From an uncultured delta proteobacterium (GTDB taxonomy: Bacteria; Myxococcota_A; Polyangia; Palsa-1104): a stretch of 64,000 nucleotides of DNA. Shown piece by piece: positions 40,651 through 50,294 of the stretch. Within the stretch, counting starts at the first letter, position 1. Each line of letters opens with the position of its first letter. Both the position numbers and the translations under genes were made by a program. The stretch is taken from assembly GCA_963785725.1 (NCBI GenBank), contig CAWAWS010000029.1, forward strand, positions 1 through 64,000, read 5' to 3'. Under the pieces are notes generated by a model. It saw only the letters and a program-made list of their open reading frames with translations, did not search any database and had not been told where the DNA came from.

Positions 40651-42015
40651 TCACAAGTTGGTCATCAGCGTCTCGAGCAGGTCATTGACCGTCGAGACGT
40701 ATTGGCTGGCGGCTTCGGCGGCGTGCTGAAATTGCGCCAAGGTCGCCGTCTCTTCGTTGATGTCGACGCCCGACTCGGAGTCGCGCGCCGAGGCCAACAC
40801 CTGCGTACGCGTCGACTCCAGCGTCACGTCGTTGGACGCGCTCGCCGCCGCCGCGCCGACGGTGGCCGTGACGTTGAGCGCCTGGTCGGTGAACGTCGCC
40901 GTGCCGCCGTTGGCGAGCGGCTGATCGCGCAAGGCCAAGAGCGCGCTGGCGCCGCCCGAGTCATTGGCGCCGGCGCCGACCGTGCGCGTCGCCAGCTTGT
41001 CGGGATTGGCGACGATGGTCGGGTTGACCGTGATCGCGGCCGCGCTGCCGGCGACCGTCGTCGGAATGTTGAACAGGTTGTTGCCCGTCGAGCCGTCGAG
41101 GCCGACATTGGCCGAGTGCACGGCGTTGAGCTGCGTCGCGAAGTCGTTGGCCAGCTGATCGAGCTGCGTCGCCGCCGTCGCCGCCGTGCCGTCGCGAAAC
41201 TGCACGAGGCCGGCGATCGAGCCGCCGTCCAAGCTGTTGGTGACGTCGGCTTTGTGCGGCCCGTCGACGATCTGCACGGCCACGTGGTTGCCGTTCGTCG
41301 GATCGGGCACCGCCTGCACCGACGAGGCGTGGGTGCCGTCGACGACGACGGTGCCGTTGCCGAGCACGAAGTTCATCTGCCCGTTGGTGCCGATGATGCC
41401 CTGACCGCCGATGATGCCGGCCAGCTGCTTCGCGGCCAGATCGCGCTGATCGGCGAGCGTCGGATCATTACTGGTGGCGATCGACTGATTGAGCGACGCG
41501 ATCTGCGCCGCCAGCTGCGTCGCCTGCGTCGACATCGTGCCAATCTGCGTGTCGGCGTCGGTCTGCGACTGCGAGATCGCCGTCGCCGCCGAGTTGAACT
41601 GCGTCGCCACCGACTGCGCGTCGCTGATGACCTGCGCGCGCATGGCCGTATCGCCCGGCGCCGCCTGCAGCGCGTTGACGTCGCCGAAGAACGTGCCCAT
41701 CGAGCCGGCCACGTCGTCGTTGGTGAGGCTGGTCTGCAAGCTGTCGAGCGACGCCGACAGCGACGAGGCCTGCCCGCTCGCGCCCGACTGCGCGCGCTCG
41801 CGCGTCGACAAGAGGTCGTCGGACGCGCGCGTGGCCGCGCCGGCGATGACGCCGCCGACCAGCGGCGCCGCCGGCTCCGACGAGAGCAGCACGCTCTCCT
41901 TCTGATAGCCGACGGTGTTGACGTTGGCCGTGTTGTTGCCGCTGACCGCGACACCGGCCTGCTGCGCCAAGAGCGCCGACGCGCCGAGGTTCAGGCTCGA
42001 GAGCAGACCGCCCAT
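40651..42015 (-). CDS. flgK: Hook-associated protein FlgK
   Basis: VSGNNTANVNTVGY, LADQRD, GGSIAGL, SGVDINEE. Confidence 0.93.
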   Translation of the reverse strand: MGGLLSSLNLGASALLAQQAGVAVSGNNTANVNTVGYQKESVLLSSEPAAPLVGGVIAGAATRASDDLLSTRERAQSGASGQASSLSASLDSLQTSLTNDDVAGSMGTFFGDVNALQAAPGDTAMRAQVISDAQSVATQFNSAATAISQSQTDADTQIGTMSTQATQLAAQIASLNQSIATSNDPTLADQRDLAAKQLAGIIGGQGIIGTNGQMNFVLGNGTVVVDGTHASSVQAVPDPTNGNHVAVQIVDGPHKADVTNSLDGGSIAGLVQFRDGTAATAATQLDQLANDFATQLNAVHSANVGLDGSTGNNLFNIPTTVAGSAAAITVNPTIVANPDKLATRTVGAGANDSGGASALLALRDQPLANGGTATFTDQALNVTATVGAAAASASNDVTLESTRTQVLASARDSESGVDINEETATLAQFQHAAEAASQYVSTVNDLLETLMTNL

Positions 42016-42018
42016 CGT

Positions 42019-42387
42019 TTACAGCCTCCCGCCCATGAGCGACGACTGCGGCGAATACATGCGCGCGCGCCGATCGTAGGTGCCCGGGCTCGGGCGCTGA
42101 TAACCGAGGCGCGCCGACAAGATCCGCGTCGCATCCGCCAAGAGCGCCGCGTTGGCGCGCGACTGATGCAGCACCTTCGTCATGAGCGCCTTCACCGTCG
42201 CCGCCCGCTTCTTGTCGCCGCCCGAGTCGAGCTGACCCAATTGCGCCAGCTCGCTCGCGTATCTTTCCTTATCGACGCGCGCCTGACCCATCGCCACCGA
42301 ATCGAGCTTGGCGACCGCTTGCCGTTCGGCGTCGAGCGCCGCCAGCATCGCGTTCAAGATGTTTTCAGCGCGCGTCAGCTGATTCAC
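42019..42387 (-). CDS. flgN: Export chaperone FlgN
   Basis: LDAERQAVAKLD...K, NAALL, GTYD; between flgM and flgK. Confidence 0.75.
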   Translation of the reverse strand: MNQLTRAENILNAMLAALDAERQAVAKLDSVAMGQARVDKERYASELAQLGQLDSGGDKKRAATVKALMTKVLHQSRANAALLADATRILSARLGYQRPSPGTYDRRARMYSPQSSLMGGRL

Positions 42388-42656
42388 GACATACCCGCGC
42401 GATCGAGCTCTTCGTCAGCCATGCGACTGGAGAGCTGCTTGGTGTCGACTTTGTAGCTGCCGTTGCCGACCGACTGCTTCAGCGACGCGAGCTTGGCCGC
42501 GCGCGCCGTCTGGCTCGACGCCTGCGTGCTCGAGAGCTGCTGCGCGCGCAATGACACGCTGACCGTCTCGGCGTTGCTGCTGTCGACCGCCGCTGCGCGT
42601 GTCGTCGGCACCGTGGATTCGACCGCGGTGACCGCGCTCGGTCCTTGAATGCGCAT
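42384..42656 (-). CDS. flgM: Anti-sigma28 factor FlgM
   Basis: ETVSVS, RAAKLASLKQSVGNGSYKVD. Confidence 0.9.
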   Translation of the reverse strand: MRIQGPSAVTAVESTVPTTRAAAVDSSNAETVSVSLRAQQLSSTQASSQTARAAKLASLKQSVGNGSYKVDTKQLSSRMADEELDRAGMS

Positions 42657-42678
42657 GATTCTGACCCTCCGTAGGGTT

Positions 42679-42705
42679 AGTTCGACCGGGTTTTATGAAT
42701 CTTGA
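42679..42705 (-). promoter_or_regulatory. Sigma28 promoter of flgM
   Basis: GCCCC-TCAA-N15-GTCGAACT. Confidence 0.72.
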
Positions 42706-42718
42706 GGGGCAGCTGAAT

Positions 42719-43522
42719 CTATTTCTCGAGAATGGAGGCGGGATCGATGGCGTGTCCGTCTTGGCGCACTTCGAAGTGCAAGTGCGGTCCTGTCGTACGA
42801 CCGGTGGCGCCGACCTCGCCGACCTCTTGGCCGGCGTCGACTTTGTCGCCCGGCTTGACGTCGATGCGCGACAAGTGGCCATAGCGCGTCTGCAAGCCGT
42901 TGCCGTGGTCGACGACGACGAGGTTGCCGTAATTTCCGGCCGTGCCGGCGCGCGTCACGACGCCGCCTTTGGCCGCCAGCGCCGGCGTGCCGGTGGCGGC
43001 GCGCAAGTCGACACCGGCGTGGACGCGCTTGTCGCCCTCGAGCGGATCGACGCGCCCGCCGAACTTCGACGTCACGACCGTGGCCTGGCTCAGCGGTGAC
43101 GCGAGCGTCGGCGCCGACGTCGGCGAAGCCGCCACGTCAGCACCATCTATGGAAGTGGAAGCTTGCGCGCCCGGCCACGCGCGCAGCTGCTGGATCGCGT
43201 GCGCCGCGTCGGTCGTCGTCGCGCTCGCCGTCGGCGCCGAAGACTTACTGTCACTGCGATTGGCGCGCGCCATCTCTTTGGTCAGCATCGCCGTCAAGCC
43301 GATGCCGCCGGCTTTGGCCATGTTGTCGGCGAGCGCGCCGTTGAGCATTTCGTGAAAGGTGGAGCCGGCGAAGCCGCCGTCGAGCATGCCGCCGTCCGTC
43401 GAATTCTGGACCTCGGACATGAGCTGCTTCAAAAAGTGCGACTCCAGGCCACGCGCCGCCGTCGTCGTCTCGTCATCATCGGGACGGGCGTACGGCGTCG
43501 TATGGGAAGGCACTTTCGTCAT
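42719..43522 (-). CDS. flgJ: FlgJ rod-binding domain fused to an M23 peptidase
   Basis: AARGLESHFLKQLM...GGIGLTAML at the N-terminus; HAGVDL, YGHL, TTGPHLHFEV at the C-terminus; follows flgI. Confidence 0.85.
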   Translation of the reverse strand: MTKVPSHTTPYARPDDDETTTAARGLESHFLKQLMSEVQNSTDGGMLDGGFAGSTFHEMLNGALADNMAKAGGIGLTAMLTKEMARANRSDSKSSAPTASATTTDAAHAIQQLRAWPGAQASTSIDGADVAASPTSAPTLASPLSQATVVTSKFGGRVDPLEGDKRVHAGVDLRAATGTPALAAKGGVVTRAGTAGNYGNLVVVDHGNGLQTRYGHLSRIDVKPGDKVDAGQEVGEVGATGRTTGPHLHFEVRQDGHAIDPASILEK

Positions 43523-43525
43523 ATT

Positions 43526-44644
43526 TTACAGAACCTGAATCTCCGCCCGCAGTGCACCCGCGGCCTTCAATGCTTGGAATATCGACACCAAGTCGCGCGG
43601 CTTTACCCCCAAAGAGTTCAAAGCGGCGGCAACATCACCGACGGTCGTGGCCGCTCGCAGCGGCGCCAAGCGACCTTCGCCTTCATCGACCTTCACGTCC
43701 GACTGCGCCACGACCTCGGTCTTGCCACCCTTCGAGAACGCGCCCGGCTGCGATACCACGGGCTGCTCCTCGATCTTGACGGTGATGCCGCCGCAGGCGA
43801 CGGCCGACGCCGAGAGCGTGACGTTGGCGCCGACCGCGATGGTGCCGGTGCGCTCGTCGATGATGACGCGGCCGGGCGAATCCGGCGTCGCTTCGATCGA
43901 TTCCAAGAGCGCGATGAGCTCGACGGCGCGGCCTTTCCAGCGCGGCCCGCCGGTGACGATGACGGCGCCCGGGTCGCGCACGCGCGCCAAAGGCTCGCCG
44001 AGCGTGCCGTTGATGGCGCTGGCGATGCGCCACGCCGTCGTAAAGTCGGGCTCGCGCAAGAGCAGCGCGATCTGCCCGTCGGGCAAGCCGTTGGGCGCGT
44101 CGTGCTCGAGCGTGGCGCCGTTGGGGACGTGGCCGGCGGTGACGTGATTCTTGCGCGTCGACGAGCCGGACGCGCCGCCCGCCGACCAAGCGCCGAGCGT
44201 CAACGAGCCTTGCGCCAGCGCCCACACGTTGTTGTCGGGTCCTTTGAGCGGCGTGACGATGAGCGTGCCGCCGACGAGGCTCTTGGCGTTGCCCATCGAC
44301 GAGACGGTGACGTCGAGCGTCGTGCCGGCGCGCGCAAACGGCGGCAGCTCGGCCGTGACCATCACCATCGCCACGTTCTTCTGCATGAGGTCGGTCAAGT
44401 CGACGGTCGTGCCCAAGTGGCGCATGAGCGACTGCAAGGGATGCTTGGTCGCCGTCATGCTGGTGTCGTCGCCGGTGCCGGCCAAGCCGACCACGAGGCC
44501 GAGCCCGACCAGGTGATTGCCGCGAAACCCGTCGACCTCGACGAGCTCCTTCAAGCGCGCCGCGTTCGCCGGCGACGACGACGCCAAGAGCGACACGAGA
44601 ATCGACAGCAGCGAAGCGATAGCTCGAGAGCGACGCATATTCAT
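43526..44644 (-). CDS. flgI: P-ring protein FlgI
   Basis: GLGLVVGLAGTGD, AELPPFAR, SLVGGTL, IDERTGTI, LKAAGALRAEI. Confidence 0.96.
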   Translation of the reverse strand: MNMRRSRAIASLLSILVSLLASSSPANAARLKELVEVDGFRGNHLVGLGLVVGLAGTGDDTSMTATKHPLQSLMRHLGTTVDLTDLMQKNVAMVMVTAELPPFARAGTTLDVTVSSMGNAKSLVGGTLIVTPLKGPDNNVWALAQGSLTLGAWSAGGASGSSTRKNHVTAGHVPNGATLEHDAPNGLPDGQIALLLREPDFTTAWRIASAINGTLGEPLARVRDPGAVIVTGGPRWKGRAVELIALLESIEATPDSPGRVIIDERTGTIAVGANVTLSASAVACGGITVKIEEQPVVSQPGAFSKGGKTEVVAQSDVKVDEGEGRLAPLRAATTVGDVAAALNSLGVKPRDLVSIFQALKAAGALRAEIQVL

Positions 44645-44647
44645 CCT

Positions 44648-45334
44648 TTAGAGCGGATTCACTTTGTTGATGATGCGATGCAGCCAGCCCGGCGACGTGT
44701 GGTCCGTAATGTCACCGCGGCCCGTGTACTCGATCTCGGCATCGGCGACGCGCGACGAGCTGATGGTGCCGTCGTTGTGAATGTCGATCATGCGCAAGAT
44801 GCCGCTGATGTAGAGGTGATGCTCCTCGGCGCCGACCATGACGACCTTGGTGCCTTCGACGTAGAGATCGGTGTTGGGCAGCACTTTGCGCACGCGCACC
44901 GGCAACATGCCGCTCAACGTGCCCTTCTTTTGAATCGTGCCCGAGCCGTCGAGGGCCGAGGCGCTCGACGTGCCGAGCAGCTGCGCCAGCTGCACCGCCG
45001 GGATCGCCTTCTGCAGCGCCGTGATGAGGCCGCCGGTCAAGCCGAGGCTCATCGAGCCCGCTTTGCTCAGCTTCGACGAGCCGTCTTGCTCGGCCGAGCT
45101 GTTCTCGTCGAGCTGAATGAACACGACGTCGCCGACGGCGCGGGCGCGATCGTCTTCGTACAGGCCGCGCGCGCCTTGCGCGTACAAGCTGTTGGCCCCT
45201 TGCGGCGCCGAGTTGGCGTAATCCCCGCGATCGAACTCGCGCTTCTTGCTCTCGTACGGCGCGATATGGGAGACGCAGCCGCCCGTGAACGCCAGCATGC
45301 CGAACATCAAGAAGTCGCGTGGCTTCATCATCAT
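44648..45334 (-). CDS. flgH: L-ring lipoprotein FlgH
   Basis: Lipobox TGGC, DDRARAVGD, VLPN.DLYVEG, SSRVADAEIEYTG, PGWL. Confidence 0.93.
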   Translation of the reverse strand: MMMKPRDFLMFGMLAFTGGCVSHIAPYESKKREFDRGDYANSAPQGANSLYAQGARGLYEDDRARAVGDVVFIQLDENSSAEQDGSSKLSKAGSMSLGLTGGLITALQKAIPAVQLAQLLGTSSASALDGSGTIQKKGTLSGMLPVRVRKVLPNTDLYVEGTKVVMVGAEEHHLYISGILRMIDIHNDGTISSSRVADAEIEYTGRGDITDHTSPGWLHRIINKVNPL

Positions 45335-46056
45335 TTGTCTTCCACCAAGAGCGTGTCGGCGTCGAGCAAGCGGCCGTAGACGATGCGATGGCCGTCGTCG
45401 ACGCGCGCCGCCGACTTCTCGCCCGGCCGCGCCGAGCGCTCGACGGTGCCGCGCGTCGAAATCGTGAGCGGGCCGTGTTTGACGAGCACCGTGAGCTCGG
45501 CGCCGCGCGCCACCGGTGCCGGCATGACGATGTCGGCCGAGCCGATGACGGCGCCCGCCGGCACGTCGCGCAGAAGCGGCGCGCCCGCCAACACCGTCGG
45601 CTCGACGGCCACGCCTTCGCCGTCGGCGACGGGACGCGGCTCGAGGCCCAAGTCTTCGGCTTGCAGCGACTCGCCCTTCGTGAGCGGCCGCTTGGTCACC
45701 AGCACCGCGCGCAAGCCGCGCAATTGCACGGTCGCCCAGCCGATGCGATGGCTGCCGTCGGCGCTGTCGAGCTTGAGCTGCACCGTCAAGCTGCCGGGAT
45801 GCGGCGGCGTACGCCAATCGACGGCCAGCGCGTCGCTGTCGGAGAATTTCCAGCTCATCGGCGCATGCAGCGCCACCAGCACCAGCTCGGCCGGCAAGGC
45901 GCCGCGCACGCGGGTCGCCACGGCCGCATCGAGCGGCGTCGCGGCCGTCGGGTCGACGACGGCCGGCGCCGGTCCGAACGGCGTCGTGCTCGGCGTCGAC
46001 TGCGCTTGCGCGCCGGCCGCGACGAACAAGACGAGCATGGCGACGACCGTTTTCAT
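45331..46056 (-). CDS. flgA: P-ring assembly chaperone FlgA
   Basis: Signal peptide; SAF-like VLVTKRPLTKGE; VARGAELTV; between flgG and flgH. Confidence 0.85.
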   Translation of the reverse strand: MKTVVAMLVLFVAAGAQAQSTPSTTPFGPAPAVVDPTAATPLDAAVATRVRGALPAELVLVALHAPMSWKFSDSDALAVDWRTPPHPGSLTVQLKLDSADGSHRIGWATVQLRGLRAVLVTKRPLTKGESLQAEDLGLEPRPVADGEGVAVEPTVLAGAPLLRDVPAGAVIGSADIVMPAPVARGAELTVLVKHGPLTISTRGTVERSARPGEKSAARVDDGHRIVYGRLLDADTLLVEDK

Positions 46057-46838
46057 CGCAGCTGCGCCGTTTCCTGCATCATTTCGTCGGCCGCCTTGAT
46101 GACGCGCGAGTTGACGTCGTAGGCGCGCTGGCCGGCGATGAGATCGACCATCTCGGTCACGACCGAGACGTTCGAGCCTTCGAGCGAGCCCTGCTGCAAG
46201 GTGCCGATGCCGTTCTGACCCGGCGTTCCCGTCGTCGCCGTGCCCGACGAGCCGGTCTCGGAGTACATGTTGGCGCCGAGCGACGCCAAGCCCGACGGGT
46301 TCGGGAAGTTGACGAGCTGCAGCTGCCCGACCTGCACCGGCTGCGCCGAGGTCGCCACCGCCGCCGTCACGGTGCCGTCGACGCCGATGGTGACGCTGGT
46401 GGCATCGGGCGGAATCGTGATCGAGCTCGCCAGCGCGTAGCCGTCGGAGGTCACCAGCTTGCCCGTCTGATCCATCTTGAGCGAGCCGTTGCGCGTGTAG
46501 GCCAGCTGTCCCGACGGCAAGGTCACGCCGAAGAAGCCGTTGCCCTGAATGGCGACGTCGAGCTGATTGCCCGTCTGCTGCAAGTCGCCTTCGGAGTGCT
46601 CGCGCTGCGTATCGACGACGCGCACACCCATGCCGATCTGCAAGCCGGTCGGCGTCTGCGTGTTCGCGCCCGTCGACGTGCCCGGCTGCATGACCGTCTG
46701 GTACATCAAGTCTTCGAACTCGGCGCGCGACTTCTTGAAGCCCGGCGTCGAGACGTTGGCGATGTTGTTGGCGGTGACGTCGAGCTTGGTCTGCTGCGCG
46801 TCCATGCCCGTAGCCGCGGTCGAGAGTGATCTAAGCAT
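46053..46838 (-). CDS. flgG: Distal rod protein FlgG
   Basis: ANNIANVSTPGFKKSRAEFEDLMYQ, YTRNG, LEGSNVSVVTEMV. Confidence 0.96.
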   Translation of the reverse strand: MLRSLSTAATGMDAQQTKLDVTANNIANVSTPGFKKSRAEFEDLMYQTVMQPGTSTGANTQTPTGLQIGMGVRVVDTQREHSEGDLQQTGNQLDVAIQGNGFFGVTLPSGQLAYTRNGSLKMDQTGKLVTSDGYALASSITIPPDATSVTIGVDGTVTAAVATSAQPVQVGQLQLVNFPNPSGLASLGANMYSETGSSGTATTGTPGQNGIGTLQQGSLEGSNVSVVTEMVDLIAGQRAYDVNSRVIKAADEMMQETAQLR

Positions 46839-46847
46839 GTTGTCCCC

Positions 46848-47558
46848 TTAGCCTTCGCTCGAGATTTTGGCGGCGGCGCTGTCCATGTCCTTGTAGCTCT
46901 CGATCATCTTGTGCAGCGCCTCGTAGTTGCGCGAGATGCGCACCAAGTCGACGACGCCGTGGACGACGTTGAAGTTCGCGCTCTCGACGGCGCCGGGCGC
47001 GATGGTCGGCGCCTCGCCCGTCGTCACCGGCTTGCCGGTGGCCGCGAACAGCGACGCGCCCTGTCGCGTCATGTTCTTGGGATCGAATTTGACCATGGCG
47101 ATCTTGCCGATCGTCTGATCGCCGGCCGAGACCGTGCCGTCGGGCGCGAGCGCGACGTTGGCCGAGTCGGGCGGCACGACCAGCGGCTTGCCGTTCGTGC
47201 CGAGCACGACGTGGCCGTCGCTCGTCGCCAGCTGCCCTTTGCCGTCGAGGCGAAAGGAGCCGTCACGCGTGTAGCGCTGCTGCCCGCCGGGGCCGGCGAC
47301 GGTGAAGTAGCCGTCGCCCTGAATCGCCGCGTCGAGCGGATTGCCGGTCGGCGTCGACGTGCCCGGCGTGTTGTCGGTGATGCCCGAAGAGGCCGTGACG
47401 AACTTCGAATCTTTCGCTTGGGCGAGCGCCTGCGTAAAGCGCATGCGCTCGGCGTGATAGCCGGTGGTGTTGGCGTTGGCGATGTTGTTGGCGGCGACGT
47501 CGAGCGCGGTCGATTGGGCCACCGCTCCCGACAAAGCCACGTAGATGCCGTTACTCAT
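46848..47558 (-). CDS. flgF: Proximal rod protein FlgF
   Basis: ANNIANANTTGY, TGNPLD, YTRDGSF; upstream of flgG. Confidence 0.9.
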   Translation of the reverse strand: MSNGIYVALSGAVAQSTALDVAANNIANANTTGYHAERMRFTQALAQAKDSKFVTASSGITDNTPGTSTPTGNPLDAAIQGDGYFTVAGPGGQQRYTRDGSFRLDGKGQLATSDGHVVLGTNGKPLVVPPDSANVALAPDGTVSAGDQTIGKIAMVKFDPKNMTRQGASLFAATGKPVTTGEAPTIAPGAVESANFNVVHGVVDLVRISRNYEALHKMIESYKDMDSAAAKISSEG

Positions 47559-48270
47559 CGTCCTTCTCCTCGAGCTCCACCTTGAGTCGCGCCAGCGCAC
47601 GTGCGTGCAGCTGACACACCCGCGACTCCGACACCGAGAGCACCTCGGCGATTTCGAGGTAGCTCAGCTCCTCGACGTAGTAGAGCGAGAGCACCAGCGC
47701 GTCTCGTTCCGGCAGAGTCTCCATCGCACTCTGCAGGCGCTGGGCCAGCTGCTTCTTCTCGGTCGCAGCCGAGGGCCAGGCGTTGTCGTTGGCGGGCTCG
47801 AGCTTGCCGTCGCCGAGCTGATCGAAGTCGACGAAGCTGACCTGCGTAAGTCCTTCGAGCTCCTCGCGATATTGCTCGACGCCGACACCCATCGCGTCGG
47901 CGATCTCGGCGTCTTCCGGCGGACGACCGAGCTTCTGCTCCAATTGCGCAATGGTTTTGCCGAGCTTGCGGGCGTCGGCGCGCTTGCGGCGCGGCATCGG
48001 ATCGCCGCGGCGCAACTCGTCGAGCACGGCGCCGCGGATGCGCCGTTCGGCGAACGCGACGAACGGCAAGCCCTGGGAAGCGTCAAATCTGTCGGCGGCC
48101 TCCGTCAATCCAATCATCGCCGCGCCAACGAGGTCGTCTTCACGAATCCAGTCGGGCACACGTCGACCGACACGACCGGCGATACGGCGCGCCATGTCGA
48201 TGTGGTCGGCGATGAGCTGATCCCGCTCGGGATTGCGCAGCGCGACGTTCGCGTTGGCGTAGCCCTTCAT
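47551..48270 (-). CDS. fliA: Flagellar sigma factor FliA (sigma28)
   Basis: DDLVGAAMIGL, RIRGAVLDELR, YYVEELSYLEIAEVLSVSESRVCQLH. Confidence 0.95.
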   Translation of the reverse strand: MKGYANANVALRNPERDQLIADHIDMARRIAGRVGRRVPDWIREDDLVGAAMIGLTEAADRFDASQGLPFVAFAERRIRGAVLDELRRGDPMPRRKRADARKLGKTIAQLEQKLGRPPEDAEIADAMGVGVEQYREELEGLTQVSFVDFDQLGDGKLEPANDNAWPSAATEKKQLAQRLQSAMETLPERDALVLSLYYVEELSYLEIAEVLSVSESRVCQLHARALARLKVELEEKDDE

Positions 48271-49139
48271 CACTTGGCGACTCCGACTTGACGCAGCTGC
48301 AGCGTGTTCGTCATCGCCGGCATGTTCCCGGCGAGCGCGTCGAGCTGGCGCGCGGCGCGACGAATGGCGCGGCTCGCCGGCGACTCGGGCGCGTGCAAGA
48401 CGAGCGGCACGCCGGCGGCGGCGGCTTGCGCGATGTTCGCGTCCCACGGCACCGCCGCCAAGGCCACGATCTCGATGCCCAAGAAGCGGTCGACGAGCGC
48501 GCGCAGCCGCGACACGACCTCCTCCGCCTGCGATGGCGAGCGCACCGAGTTGGGCAGGATGAAGGCGCGCTGCAGGTTGTGCCGCGTCGCCAGGATCTTC
48601 ATACAGGCGTAAGCGTCGGCGAGCGACAGCGGCTCGGGCGTGGTCACGACGACGACGTCGACGGCGGCGCCGGCCAGCGCCATGGCCGTCTCGCCGATAC
48701 CCGCCGGGGTATCGATGACGAGCGTGTCGTAGCTCGGCAAAAGGCCGCCGATGGCGTCGAACAGCTTGGCGCGATCGTTGGCGTCGAGGTTGGCCAGGCG
48801 ATGGCTGCCGTTGAGCGCGGGCAAGAGATCGAGGCCGTGCGCCGAAATCACCGACTCGGCGACGGGCGAGCCGTTGAGCACGTCGAGCAGGCTCTTCTCG
48901 GGCGCGAGGCCGAGCAGCAGGTTGAGGTCGGCCATGCCCAAGTCGCCGTCGACGGCCAGCGTCTTGGCGCCGCGGCGCGCGTAGCTGACGGCGAGGTTGA
49001 GCGCGATCGTGCTCTTGCCGACGCCGCCTTTGCCGCCGGTGACGGCGAGGGCGCGCGCGCGCGGCTTGTCGAGCGCGATGATGCCGTCCTTATCGGACAG
49101 CTGACGCAGCGTGCGCGCCTGGTCGATGGGCGTAGTCAC
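48270..49139 (-). CDS. flhG: MinD-like ATPase FlhG/FleN
   Basis: DQARTLR, GGKGGVGKS, DGDLGMAD, TPEPLSLADAY; GTG start. Confidence 0.93.
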   Translation of the reverse strand: MTTPIDQARTLRQLSDKDGIIALDKPRARALAVTGGKGGVGKSTIALNLAVSYARRGAKTLAVDGDLGMADLNLLLGLAPEKSLLDVLNGSPVAESVISAHGLDLLPALNGSHRLANLDANDRAKLFDAIGGLLPSYDTLVIDTPAGIGETAMALAGAAVDVVVVTTPEPLSLADAYACMKILATRHNLQRAFILPNSVRSPSQAEEVVSRLRALVDRFLGIEIVALAAVPWDANIAQAAAAGVPLVLHAPESPASRAIRRAARQLDALAGNMPAMTNTLQLRQVGVAK

Positions 49140-50284
49140 TAGGCGGCCTCCGCATTGATGATCAGACCGTGGGTGGCGAGCTCGAGCAGGCGCAGCGGCG
49201 TGGCGTCTTCCAAGTCTTCGGGCACGCGCTGGCCGGTGGTCACGAACGACAGCGGCAAGCCGAGCCGCGCCGGCGCGCGCACCAGCTCTTCGAGCTGCTC
49301 CGCTTCGTCGACCTTGGTGAACAGCACGCGCTTGACGCCCAAGCCGGCCAGCCGCGTGGCCGCGCCGTCGATGGCCGCGCGCGACGAGCCCGCCGGCAAG
49401 GTCAGGTGGATCTCGATGTCGAGGCCGGCGAAGGCGTGCGTCAAGGCGGCGATGGCGTCGGTGTCGCGCGGGCTGCGGCCGGCCGTGTCGATGAAGATCT
49501 TGTCGTAGGCGCCGTTCATTTGCGCCAGCGTCTGGCCGAGGCGCTCGACCGCGCACACCGTCAACGGCACGCCGATCAAGTCGGCGAAGGCGCGCATCTG
49601 GTCTTCGCCGCCGATGCGGTAGTCGTCGAGCGTGATGATGGCGACCGAGCGCTTCTCGACGAGCGCGGCGCGCGCCGCCAGCTTGGCGATGGTCGTCGTC
49701 TTGCCGACGCCCGTCGGACCGACGAGCGCGATGACGCGCGCGTTCGACGGCGCCGTGATCTTGTGGTTGTGCACGATCGACTCGAGCGACTCTTCGTGCG
49801 CCACGTGGTCGTTGGCCGCGTGCGGCGCCGAGCGCAACAGCGCCAGGCCGTTGCGCAGCTCGCGCAGCTGCTGCTTGATCTCGTCGTTGTCGTTGCGCGG
49901 CTCGATGGCGCGCAGCTGGCTGCGCAGGCTGCGCAGCTCGGAGCGCAAGGGCGCCATGATGCGCTCGAGGTCGCTGTCCGTCAGCGAGCGCGACGGCGCC
50001 GGATGATGCGGATGCGCGGGCAGCTCGCGCGTCGCCTGCGACGTGTTCGTGCCCATCGCCGCCGCGAACGCCGACATCGCCGCCGAGTGGCTCACGAGCG
50101 GCGGCGTCGCCGCGGTTGGCGCGCCATCGTCAATATCGACGGCGGCAGTCACCTCGACGCCGTTGCCCACGAGGCCGCGCTTGATGGGCCGAGCGGCCAC
50201 GATCAGCGCGTCGGCGCCGAGATCACGCTTGATCTGGGCGAGGGCGTCCTTCATATCGGCGGCGACGAACTTACGAATGCGCAT
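49139..50284 (-). CDS. flhF: SRP-family GTPase FlhF
   Basis: GPTGVGKTTTIAKLAA, DTAGRS, TKVDE, GQRVPEDL. Confidence 0.95.
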   Translation of the reverse strand: MRIRKFVAADMKDALAQIKRDLGADALIVAARPIKRGLVGNGVEVTAAVDIDDGAPTAATPPLVSHSAAMSAFAAAMGTNTSQATRELPAHPHHPAPSRSLTDSDLERIMAPLRSELRSLRSQLRAIEPRNDNDEIKQQLRELRNGLALLRSAPHAANDHVAHEESLESIVHNHKITAPSNARVIALVGPTGVGKTTTIAKLAARAALVEKRSVAIITLDDYRIGGEDQMRAFADLIGVPLTVCAVERLGQTLAQMNGAYDKIFIDTAGRSPRDTDAIAALTHAFAGLDIEIHLTLPAGSSRAAIDGAATRLAGLGVKRVLFTKVDEAEQLEELVRAPARLGLPLSFVTTGQRVPEDLEDATPLRLLELATHGLIINAEAA

Positions 50285-50294
50285 CCGGGTCTCC

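Noticed and set aside
37505..45379. Long + strand ORFs (37505..39760, 40633..42456, 43163..45379)
   Set aside because: Arg-rich antisense shadows of flagellar genes, expected in high-GC DNA.
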